Shown one piece after another: positions 37,601 to 45,954 of a stretch of 53,862 nt of DNA. How positions within the stretch are numbered: position 1 is the first letter of the stretch; every line of letters begins with the position of its first letter. The notes beneath the pieces were generated by a model that worked only from the letters and a program-made list of their open reading frames with translations, was not told the origin of the DNA and did not search any database. The DNA is taken from positions 1 to 53,862 of IMG/VR virus record IMGVR_UViG_3300009124_000018; one strand, 5' to 3'. The position numbers and the translations under genes are program-made. Origin of the DNA: a virus. Taxonomy: Duplodnaviria; Caudoviricetes.

Positions 37601-40600
37601 ACCTTCTTTGGTATTTTAACAACTGCTATTGGTACTACTGCTGCTCCTGGCAATCTCACCAGTGTTACACGATCTCCTGCTGCTGATGAAGGAATTACTG
37701 GTCAAGCAAATAGATATTGGGACGCTTCAGATCTTATCCTTGAGAATAAGAAACTGATTGCTGCACAGGCAGTTTATGCATATGTTGATGCAAACTCATT
37801 TACTATCCCAACTGGCAACCAGAACTGTGTAGACGATGTTGTAGATGTTCTGGAAGCAATTGCCCATGACCTTAGACATGGAGGAAATGCTAAGTCGTAT
37901 GATGCAGCGTCTTACTATGTTGGTACAACACATGTAGACGGCGAAGAAGCAGAAACAGTAGCAATTATCAACAATGCAAGAGATCTTGCAATTCAAGCAA
38001 TGCGTAATATTTCAATTACGCTTTCATATCTTGGAGATAGTGCATATCTTGCAGGTTTAGAATCTCAATTTACTACTGGAATTACTCAATTTACAAAAGC
38101 AGATATCACTATTGATGCTAGTGTAGAAATTGAAAGATGCTCTAATGTGGCATCTGCAATTACTACGTTAACAACAATTGTTACCGATGCAGTAACAAAT
38201 GACAATCTCAATCATGCTACTAGAACTTTACCTTCTGGTAATATTTCAAACAATACTATTAGTGAACTTGTTCATGATGGAAATAGATTCTGGTCAGTTT
38301 ATAATGCGGCATCAGATTCATATGTATATACTTCCCAAGACAAAGGTAGAACTTGGAATTTAGAATATACTTCAAACAATGGTCCAACTTATGGATTCGC
38401 ATTTAGTTATACTAAGGCGGTTCTTCTTGGATCAAATAATGCTGATAAAGTATTTGATGGAGTAGGAACTCAGTTCGACTCATCTCTCGGTATTACTCCA
38501 TATCAAGATACTACTATTTCAAATTCATATGACGCCAATAGATCATTTGCTTGCGATAATGTAGCATCTTCACTGTATACTCTGTGGAACATTGTTGTTG
38601 ATAGAATCAATGGTCGTACAGTTGATGCAACAGAATATGCAACCGTACACTTTGAAGATAGTAATAATAAATTCTTCAATGTAGGTCACTCATATGATGA
38701 TCTTCCAATTATTGAAGTATCTCCATACATCTTCAATGCATCTGTAATTTCATTCCTTGGTGGTAATGGTTGTGAAATTGATGGATCTAAAGTAGCAACT
38801 CCAAACGTTAAGAGACCTGGACTTCCACCACAAGGTAAGTCGATGGTTGCTGCTGCGTTTACAATCATCTCGTTTGGTGGTACAGGTTATCGAGTATTCA
38901 ATGATGGATATACTCAGCTAGTTTCGGTCTTCTGTATTTTTACTCAAGATGGTGCATTGGTTGAATCTGGTGGTTATGCATCACTGACTAACTCTGCATC
39001 TAACTTTGGTACATACTCTCTGAGAGCAAATGGAGTTAGAGCAGAAGCATATAGTTTCCATAAAGGTGATATTGATAACATTACGTTTAATGATGTTGGT
39101 AGACCAATCTTTACTGTTACTGGATTAGGTGAAGCTCCTCTTGAACATTATATTATTAATCCAAATGGATTTGAACTCTCGACTACTCCTGGTCAAAATC
39201 CACGTTACTTCATTGAAGTAACAGAATCTGCAACACCAACAACTCCAGTTACTGCAGAAGTTAGAGCAAATGCTAACATGAGTGTCAGAGGTAACTACAA
39301 CCGTTACACTGATGCCTCAGTTCTTCTTGAGAATAATGCTCGATATATTGCAGAGGAAGCATACTTTAGCACAGCAGCAACATCATCAAATGCATTTGAT
39401 CAAAATAGAGATAAGTGCATTCGTGACGTAGAAGAGATCGTTAAAGCATGGGCAACTGATATTAAGTATGATGCTAATGATGCTACATGGGATGCTGCTA
39501 AACTTTATGTAAGTGGTAGTTCGATTCAGCACGTTGCTGGATATGAAGCAGCAACCAAGGAAGTTATTGATACTGCAACAACACTTGCTAAGAAAGCAAT
39601 CAATAACTTACTGCAAATCAAAGGATCTACAGCACAAACTGCAGATTATTACGTTGCAGAATGGACTGATGAAATTCCATATGTAGATACTGCTGTTATT
39701 CATGATATCTCAACTGCTCCTGATTATGTAAGCGGTGATTGTGCTAACGTACAATCTGCCATTCAAACTCTTAGTGATCTGTTTGATGAAATCATTGATA
39801 ATCCAACAGTAACTTCTCCAATGCCTTCAACGGCAGTAAGAGAAAACGGATTCTTTACTATCAATGAGTTCAATAAAGATAAACTTCAGAATCACCCAAT
39901 TGACTTTATCAGACCTTCCATTTGCAACTCATCTTCGCATACCTGGGAATTCTCTGGTTCTGGTAATGATTATAATGCTCTACCACAAAATGGTGGTAAG
40001 AGAGGATCTTCAGAAACTGGTGATTTTGAACAAGTATCTCAATTAAATGGTCGTGTTTATGCATCAGGTACTGACGAACTTGGTGACTTCAAGATTGGTT
40101 ATTTTGCTAACGTTGAGAACAGAACTGGTAACATCACCTTTGGTGGTACTGTTGAAATTTCTGAGGTTAGCTTCCTGAAGATTGCTGGTGGTAATGTCAC
40201 TATTGAAGGATTTGGACCTGAAGTTAACTTGAATGCTATCGAACTTGGTGGTGTTGCTCCTGGTCCTTCTGACGGCATTCTGCCAACTCAAAGAGCAGTT
40301 TATCAATATATCAATAACCAGCTGGGTATTTACATTGGTCGTACTTATTCAACTACACCAACTCCAAATGCACTGGTTCAGCTAGACAACTCTGGTCGTA
40401 TTAATATTGACCAACTTCCTGCATTGAGACCATTCAATATCTATACTGTTGTTGATGAAGCAGAACGTCTTGCATTTGAAGGTCCTCTTGCAGGTGACAT
40501 TGTTATTGAAACCGCAACTCAAGAGTTTAATTTCACATCTGCTGATATTTCTGGTAATGAATTTACCATCACTGGACATGGATTGAATACTTCTGACGCT

Positions 40601-43600
40601 GTTATTTACTATGAGGGTACAGGAACAGTAACTGCACCTTCACCACTTGTTGATGGAGAAACTTATTATGCAATTGTTATTGATACAGATACCATTGAGT
40701 TAGCATCTTCAATTACAGATGCCTCTACTGGTGCTAATATTATTATCTCATCTGCTGGTTCTGGTAACCATATCTTTGAAACTCAAGGAACTCCAATTTC
40801 GTTCATTCTTAATAATGACTTAGATAGTCAAATTCTTGAATTTGAACCAGATGTAAATCATGCATTCTCAAATGGTGATATTACTCTTGCATCTCCTGGT
40901 GGTGGTCAAGGTCAAGTTACTAATTTCCTCGTAGGTACAGTTAAGCAAGTTGTTGTCACTGCTGGTGGTAGTGGTTATCAAACTGGAGATACTGTAACAT
41001 TCTCAACTCCTAGCGGTGGAACTGCAGCAACTGGTACACTTAATGTAAATGGTGGTGTTGTTACTTCCGTAACTTTGACTTCGGGTGGAGATAATTACTT
41101 CACTGCACCTTCTACTGCAGGTGGAACAATTACTATTACTACTTCTGCTGGTGTTGGCGCTGCCCTTACTGCAATTGTAAGATCTAGATTGAGTATTAAT
41201 ATCATCAATAACATCAAAACTGAAGTTACTGACACTATTGACGATCAAGCTCAACCAACTGCTAATACAATTACATTAGCAAATGTTATTAATACCTCAG
41301 GTTTTAATATTGATAACTGGATTCAGTTAACTTCATCTACGATTGATGCTTCGTTCATTACTTCTGGTATTATCAACCCAACTCGTCTTGCTGGTGTTAC
41401 TGCACAAAACCCTGCAAGTTCTCTGACATATCTCAGAGGTGATTCTCTGTTTGCTCCAGCAGTAGCATCACTTAAAGTTGGTGATGCATCTCCTGTTATC
41501 CTTGGTGGTAATAATAGCACCAGTACTTATATTAAATCAGTAGAACTTGCTGATGGTGGCGAAGGATATACGACTGGAACTTATACTGATATATCTCTTC
41601 TTGGTGGTAACGGTCAAAACTTGAAGGGAACTGTTAAAGTTTCCGATGGAACTGTAAGTTCTCTAACTGTTACTAATGGTGGTACTGGTTATATTTCAGC
41701 ACCAACAATTACATTTAAGGACAATTGGACTGATCCACAAAACCCATCAGTAATTAATGGAATTAGTGCAAGAGCATATATTTCTGGTGGTCAAGTTGTA
41801 AAGATTAATGTTCTTGATGGTGGTAGTGGACTGGGATCTAATACCCCTCTTGTTGAAATTACAGGTGGTGGCGGTGTAGACGCAACTGCAACATCAACTG
41901 TAACTGATGGTGCAATTCAATACATTCAAATTACAGATGGTGGTGTTAACTACACTCCAACTGCTGGAAATATCTTCTTCACAATTAGTCCAAATCCAGC
42001 AATTATTGGTACTACTCCAACATCTGCTGCTGATATTGAAGCGTACTTTGCAACAATTCCAAAACTATTCAATGATATTACAATTGACGTAAATAGAGTT
42101 AATGGCAATACTCCAAATTCCAACAACTACAGTACTGTAGGTGTTGCTAAGTTTAGAAAATCAGATACTGGATCTGGTGTAAGGATTGGTCAATTTATCA
42201 TTGGAAATGATGGTGCTATTGATATTGACCAGGGTCAAGGTTCTGGTCTTGATGCAGATACATTAGACAACCAAGATTCTAACTTCTATGTCGAGTGTGA
42301 TAACTTTGTACCAGGTAGTTCACCAACACCAGGTTTGCCTGCAAATTGTCTGATTGGTACTTATGGTATTGATATTGAAGGTACTGCTGACTTTGCTGAT
42401 ATTACTGTCGCAAAGGATGCAAGAAGTTCAACATTCCAACCATCTAACTACTTAGCAGGTGGTCACTTACAGTGGAAAGATAATGATGCTAATCCTGGTT
42501 ATGCTAATGATTGGGAATTCTTAGAAGATGGTGGGCAATATCATAGCGTACTTACGTTTAGAAGAGGTGGTACTGGAAGTACTTTCAGTGAAGGTGCTAC
42601 AAATCAATTAGCATTTACAGATAACAATAACATCTTTATTAGAAATAGTGGTGCTAACCAAGTCAATGCTTTGACCATTACCACTGGTGGTTCTGGTTAT
42701 CCAGATGGAATCTACTATGATGTACCTCTCGGTGGTGGCGATGGATTTGGATTAAAGGGAAATCTCACTGTAGTCAATGGTTCATTTACTCAGGTAGAAC
42801 TTACAGACAAAGGCTGGGGTTATAACGTTGATGGTGGTGCTAGCACTTCATTTACCGTTGTTCTTCCATTCTCATATTTTGGTGAGCAAAATACGAGACA
42901 AATTACAACCCCAGCAGTAATTACAGCATCACTTCCTGTATACCAGAATAATGCAGGGCAAAATACGTGGTCTTCTTGGAAAAAGGTTTGGCATGAAGGT
43001 AATGATGGGGTTGATTCTGGATTAGATGCAGATTTCCTTCAAGGAAAAGAACTTCGCTGGTTACAAACTGCATTGAATCTTTCTGAAGATGAAACTTTAA
43101 TGAATAGCAAACTGCCATCATTGATGGATGAAACTGCTTTCAATAAAGAAATTAGAATTACAGTTCCAAATCCAGCATTCCAAGTAAACAATGGTGGTCA
43201 CTATGATATTTACATTGAAGGATATAATTTAACTCAAGAGCAAATTGAATCTTTAGATACAACTGCAGGTACTGGAGTATTACAAGCAGGTGTTCAATTA
43301 AACCTGTATACCGCAAACAATGTCAACGAAGGTACAGTTAAATTACTGAATAGAAAAGTTAATCTTGATCCAGCAAACTACTTGACTGGAACTCAATATG
43401 TTGAGCAAAACTATGAATGGGAAGCAAATGCAACGTTCCAAAGAAATGATCGTGTAGTATATGGTCATAACATTTATGTTGTAAACAACATTAGTTCTGG
43501 TGGATATACTGCAGGAACTGTGCCTCCAGTACATGGGAGCGGCACAGTAACTGCAACAAATGGAACTGCAGAGTTCTTATTTGAAAGAAAAGTTAATAAT

Positions 43601-45040
43601 CCATACACGATTCTAACAGTTGAATTGCAATCTGGTAACTTAACAAGAGCTATCAGAAAAGTTGGTACTGCTACTGCACCTGCTGAGTATTATCCAGTTA
43701 CAGATTTTGCTCAAACTACTGATGAATCATATGCATTAGATAAAGTAAAACTTGGATCAGATGCATCTGGAAATCCATTCTTAACTTTAGGTAATAATAC
43801 TCAAGCATTATCCCCAGAAATTAACTTCAAGTCATCAGGTAATGGAGTATATGATGCTAAGATTAGTATCACTGGTGGTTCATCAACCGCTGGAACTGGT
43901 GATATGGACTTTGATGTTAATACTGCATCAATTAATGGTAATATTATTTGGCACGCAGGTAACTTAGGTGTTTCTACTGGTATTGGAACTGGTAATCTTT
44001 ATGATACCAATTCTAATGGTGATGCAGTATTGCGTTCCGCTGATGGAGATTTTGCTGCAAGATTTATCTACGCAACAGGTACTCCTGGTGGGGATGAAGT
44101 AGGATTTAAGGGAACTGCAAGCGGCAACCTTCCACTTTCGGGTGGAACCATGAGTGGTAATATCAACTTCAACCAAGATGAAGCAGGTATTACCTGGGCA
44201 AGAAATAGTGATGGTGCGTCTATTCTATTCTATAATGACGAGGATGCAGATACAAACTCTAGATTAGAGTTTAATATTAACGATAATGGTAATGAGTTCT
44301 TCCGTTGGACTGGAACTCAAGGTGGAACTATTAGGGAGTTCATGAGATTGACTCCTGCAACCTCTGAGTATAATGGTGCATTAAGTGTTTATGGAAGAAC
44401 ATTAATTGAAGCAAGTCACACTGGAGCGGATCCATACGCTCAATTAGTTGTTAAAGGTAGAGGAACTGGCGCTGCGTCATATACTGGTATCCTTCTCGAT
44501 AACCCAGCAGGTCTGCAATCTCATATTAGATTTGCAGATAATGGAGAACTAAAAGCACAGTGGAGATGGCAGAGTGGAACAACAGTTGACAACAAACTGA
44601 AGTTCTTCTCTTGGACAACTAATACTGACTTCTTTACCCTCGATGCTACCAATGGAAATGTTGGTATCAACACAACTACACCATCAACCGATTATAAACT
44701 TGAAGTTAACGGTGCATTTGCTGCAACAAGCAAGTCGTTCGTTATTGACCACCCAACCAAGGAAGGGTATAAGTTACGTTATGGTTCACTTGAAGGTCCA
44801 GAGCACGGCGTATATGTCCGTGGTAAGGCAGATGATGTTATCGAACTTCCAGATTATTGGACCGCTTTAGTTGATGAAGATAGCATTACCGTTCAACTCA
44901 CACCGATCGGTAATCACAACTCCTGGGTAGAAAAAATTGAAAACAATCGAGTATACATAGGAGGAGGACAGTGTTTCTATTTCGTCCAAGCAGAGCGCAA
45001 GGATGTAGATAGAATCGTTGTTGAATACGAATCTAAGTGA
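34631..45040 (+). CDS. Giant mosaic tail fibre, 3469 aa (beta-helix, Asp-box propeller, four phycobiliprotein-like helical repeats, C-terminal chaperone-like domain)
   Basis: RVGINT..P...LDVNG, pectin-lyase-like segments, S.DG.TW Asp-boxes, GGSGY repeats, WH.GN and SGLDAD fibre motifs, and C-terminal KSFVIDHP...LEGPE.GVY.RG...VQLTP.G...AERKD. Confidence 0.9.
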   Translation: MALEFNADKEIIKSNQLKVKNDTSVRFDLGGGADEKSALFGILTNDADKLVRVGINTVDPLYELDVNGQIRTTTSIISDTARINNLDIDTIVNPELNLKAPRLNTFTDPDTGEVFWPVSETPAFDDDSNKIATTNFVYNIATNDVGGRIYVSEQIGNDSFDGRSATKPVRSIKRATQLAALTDQKETLIVAGGDYLEDNPISLPDQCSVVGDNIRLCIIRPQNPGKHMFKAANENYVTGITFRDNLNAEGNPAFTWGYAYVFDDRQRFYYPKTLGGQYGRTFELGHKIAAPEEWKLNFTSNNGNALLVVGLTVTNQDTLGTGVITEVVFTSGEQQGYIVINQISGEINSVGAIYNYESGATYNINVSDGEQLTPDAQVVKHVTNHTTYGLRSVKYDPVNYPQGLIFEVVTDFYHDYEVGQYVNINNLPSVGTFGDLSRFNGRQYVSHRIETADGFSQKFVVFKDTPTDLITLGAVNGEYDVTANGATVTSDDHYVVFSLDNSPKKFEESNKSPNRYLDAADLIGRNKTGITEEALRRAKEEYPALVVPDETQCKTDIGHIVDAINYDLTWGGNAATKEAADYYYDAGALTHIENQLKETTYAFEQARDLSIRAMRNQLNYVDTSGVGTFTRVNGYTGGLRNAIWDNEKFVAVGDTGAIHTSVDGETWTAQASGTSQNLRDIVWNKWAVGERGVPEYVVVGNNGTILWSSNGEDWYTVTSGVTTNFTALAYNGNTYVAVGGAGDVLYSNNVTSWQSGTSGVSTNLLDIIYNDDIDKFIAVGVDGVILESSDGNTWTAQESGTTDALLGISWTEGRMVVVGGNGSVITSDDGGLTWDTGVLSNAGPDNNQGDRFADAADLILQNKAIIAEISVNKMLDNNPGFNIPNGSSSCKDDVIDFLESMVINLEFGGNDEVYDAANRYVTGAHVSGEEDESVEVFGYAETLAIQAMRNEAFNASDVLNFASGLTQYTDNTITVDTGSPACANVASAISTFFGILTTAIGTTAAPGNLTSVTRSPAADEGITGQANRYWDASDLILENKKLIAAQAVYAYVDANSFTIPTGNQNCVDDVVDVLEAIAHDLRHGGNAKSYDAASYYVGTTHVDGEEAETVAIINNARDLAIQAMRNISITLSYLGDSAYLAGLESQFTTGITQFTKADITIDASVEIERCSNVASAITTLTTIVTDAVTNDNLNHATRTLPSGNISNNTISELVHDGNRFWSVYNAASDSYVYTSQDKGRTWNLEYTSNNGPTYGFAFSYTKAVLLGSNNADKVFDGVGTQFDSSLGITPYQDTTISNSYDANRSFACDNVASSLYTLWNIVVDRINGRTVDATEYATVHFEDSNNKFFNVGHSYDDLPIIEVSPYIFNASVISFLGGNGCEIDGSKVATPNVKRPGLPPQGKSMVAAAFTIISFGGTGYRVFNDGYTQLVSVFCIFTQDGALVESGGYASLTNSASNFGTYSLRANGVRAEAYSFHKGDIDNITFNDVGRPIFTVTGLGEAPLEHYIINPNGFELSTTPGQNPRYFIEVTESATPTTPVTAEVRANANMSVRGNYNRYTDASVLLENNARYIAEEAYFSTAATSSNAFDQNRDKCIRDVEEIVKAWATDIKYDANDATWDAAKLYVSGSSIQHVAGYEAATKEVIDTATTLAKKAINNLLQIKGSTAQTADYYVAEWTDEIPYVDTAVIHDISTAPDYVSGDCANVQSAIQTLSDLFDEIIDNPTVTSPMPSTAVRENGFFTINEFNKDKLQNHPIDFIRPSICNSSSHTWEFSGSGNDYNALPQNGGKRGSSETGDFEQVSQLNGRVYASGTDELGDFKIGYFANVENRTGNITFGGTVEISEVSFLKIAGGNVTIEGFGPEVNLNAIELGGVAPGPSDGILPTQRAVYQYINNQLGIYIGRTYSTTPTPNALVQLDNSGRINIDQLPALRPFNIYTVVDEAERLAFEGPLAGDIVIETATQEFNFTSADISGNEFTITGHGLNTSDAVIYYEGTGTVTAPSPLVDGETYYAIVIDTDTIELASSITDASTGANIIISSAGSGNHIFETQGTPISFILNNDLDSQILEFEPDVNHAFSNGDITLASPGGGQGQVTNFLVGTVKQVVVTAGGSGYQTGDTVTFSTPSGGTAATGTLNVNGGVVTSVTLTSGGDNYFTAPSTAGGTITITTSAGVGAALTAIVRSRLSINIINNIKTEVTDTIDDQAQPTANTITLANVINTSGFNIDNWIQLTSSTIDASFITSGIINPTRLAGVTAQNPASSLTYLRGDSLFAPAVASLKVGDASPVILGGNNSTSTYIKSVELADGGEGYTTGTYTDISLLGGNGQNLKGTVKVSDGTVSSLTVTNGGTGYISAPTITFKDNWTDPQNPSVINGISARAYISGGQVVKINVLDGGSGLGSNTPLVEITGGGGVDATATSTVTDGAIQYIQITDGGVNYTPTAGNIFFTISPNPAIIGTTPTSAADIEAYFATIPKLFNDITIDVNRVNGNTPNSNNYSTVGVAKFRKSDTGSGVRIGQFIIGNDGAIDIDQGQGSGLDADTLDNQDSNFYVECDNFVPGSSPTPGLPANCLIGTYGIDIEGTADFADITVAKDARSSTFQPSNYLAGGHLQWKDNDANPGYANDWEFLEDGGQYHSVLTFRRGGTGSTFSEGATNQLAFTDNNNIFIRNSGANQVNALTITTGGSGYPDGIYYDVPLGGGDGFGLKGNLTVVNGSFTQVELTDKGWGYNVDGGASTSFTVVLPFSYFGEQNTRQITTPAVITASLPVYQNNAGQNTWSSWKKVWHEGNDGVDSGLDADFLQGKELRWLQTALNLSEDETLMNSKLPSLMDETAFNKEIRITVPNPAFQVNNGGHYDIYIEGYNLTQEQIESLDTTAGTGVLQAGVQLNLYTANNVNEGTVKLLNRKVNLDPANYLTGTQYVEQNYEWEANATFQRNDRVVYGHNIYVVNNISSGGYTAGTVPPVHGSGTVTATNGTAEFLFERKVNNPYTILTVELQSGNLTRAIRKVGTATAPAEYYPVTDFAQTTDESYALDKVKLGSDASGNPFLTLGNNTQALSPEINFKSSGNGVYDAKISITGGSSTAGTGDMDFDVNTASINGNIIWHAGNLGVSTGIGTGNLYDTNSNGDAVLRSADGDFAARFIYATGTPGGDEVGFKGTASGNLPLSGGTMSGNINFNQDEAGITWARNSDGASILFYNDEDADTNSRLEFNINDNGNEFFRWTGTQGGTIREFMRLTPATSEYNGALSVYGRTLIEASHTGADPYAQLVVKGRGTGAASYTGILLDNPAGLQSHIRFADNGELKAQWRWQSGTTVDNKLKFFSWTTNTDFFTLDATNGNVGINTTTPSTDYKLEVNGAFAATSKSFVIDHPTKEGYKLRYGSLEGPEHGVYVRGKADDVIELPDYWTALVDEDSITVQLTPIGNHNSWVEKIENNRVYIGGGQCFYFVQAERKDVDRIVVEYESK
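36170..39805 (+). repeat. Four protein-level repeats with phycobiliprotein-like motifs inside the 3469-aa fibre
   Basis: Each copy has R-[YF]-x-D-A-x-x-L-[IL]-x-x-N ... C-x-x-D-[IV] ... [GD]-[GA]-N ... A-[MI]-x-N ... C-x-N-V-x-S. Copies at about 36170-36485 (C-terminal helix at 38490-38615), 37178-37630, 37709-38195 and 39299-39805. Confidence 0.85.
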
Positions 45041-45050
45041 GGAACTAACT

Positions 45051-45260
45051 ATGGAAAGACGTTTTAAATTTACTGGTCCAGACGGAGAAATTGAGTATGA
45101 TATGGTGGAAACTGATGGTATGGAAGTAGAAATCCATGCCGAAAATATTAGAGCATATCAAGCACACCCAGACCACCCAGACGTTTGGGTGGAAGATGAT
45201 GATGGTCTTTGGGAATTAATTCCACCCCTTGCATATCCAGATGACGTAAATCCAGAATAA
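45051..45260 (+). CDS. Small acidic protein, 69 aa (possible fibre-assembly accessory)
   Basis: In frame with ORF 45018..45260. ATG45051 follows a GAGG SD just after the fibre stop codon. Confidence 0.7.
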   Translation: MERRFKFTGPDGEIEYDMVETDGMEVEIHAENIRAYQAHPDHPDVWVEDDDGLWELIPPLAYPDDVNPE

Positions 45261-45261
45261 T

Positions 45262-45954
45262 ATGCCTATCACTTGGGGACCACTAGGAGCTACTGATGGG
45301 TTGGTGTTAGCACTCGATGCTGCCAACCCAAAAAGTAATTTTAATGTAAGTACTGGATGGTACGATGTTGGACCAACTCGTAGTTATGTTGCTGCATCTT
45401 CAGGTCCAACTTTAGGAACTAGAGGTGGTGTTCAATGTATGGTATTTGATGCATTAGGTGAAAGATTTCAATCTTCTCCTGTAGGATTTGAAAGTCCAGC
45501 ACGCACTTTAACATTAGAAGCATGGATATATCCAGAAGCAGATCTTGCTAGTCCTTCTGATAGAATGAATATCATTAGAGCAAATAGTGGAGGAAGTAGA
45601 GCATATCTTTCACTCAATAGATCTAATAATAAATTAAGTAACTATTGGTATGGTTCTGATAATAATGGATATCATGAAACAGTATCATTCGTTCCTGGTA
45701 GAAATACCTGGCAACATTTTGTTGGTGCTTGGGATGGTACAACTCTTAGACAATATGTAAATTATGAACACCAAGGAAGTGTCGCAACTAATACTACAAA
45801 TTCAACCTTTGGGACAGAAATACAAATAGGATGGGAAGGTAATGGAAGGCAATTTGTTGGTGGAATTGCTTTAATTAGAGTATACAATAAAGCATTATCA
45901 GATGAAGAAGTATTTCGTAATTTTAATTCAACCAAAGGGAGGTTTGGATTCTAA
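45262..45954 (+). CDS. LamG/concanavalin-A-like domain protein, 230 aa
   Basis: DGLVLALDAANPKS...TLEAWI...WQHFVGAWDG...YVN...IALIRVYNKALS..EV..NFN..KGRFG. Confidence 0.88.
   Translation: MPITWGPLGATDGLVLALDAANPKSNFNVSTGWYDVGPTRSYVAASSGPTLGTRGGVQCMVFDALGERFQSSPVGFESPARTLTLEAWIYPEADLASPSDRMNIIRANSGGSRAYLSLNRSNNKLSNYWYGSDNNGYHETVSFVPGRNTWQHFVGAWDGTTLRQYVNYEHQGSVATNTTNSTFGTEIQIGWEGNGRQFVGGIALIRVYNKALSDEEVFRNFNSTKGRFGF

Noticed and set aside
4854-45040. Inteins, introns or homing endonucleases as the cause of the giant ORF sizes
   Set aside because: I saw no Hint-type splice motifs or LAGLIDADG/HNH/GIY-YIG signatures. The length is explained by repeated structural modules.
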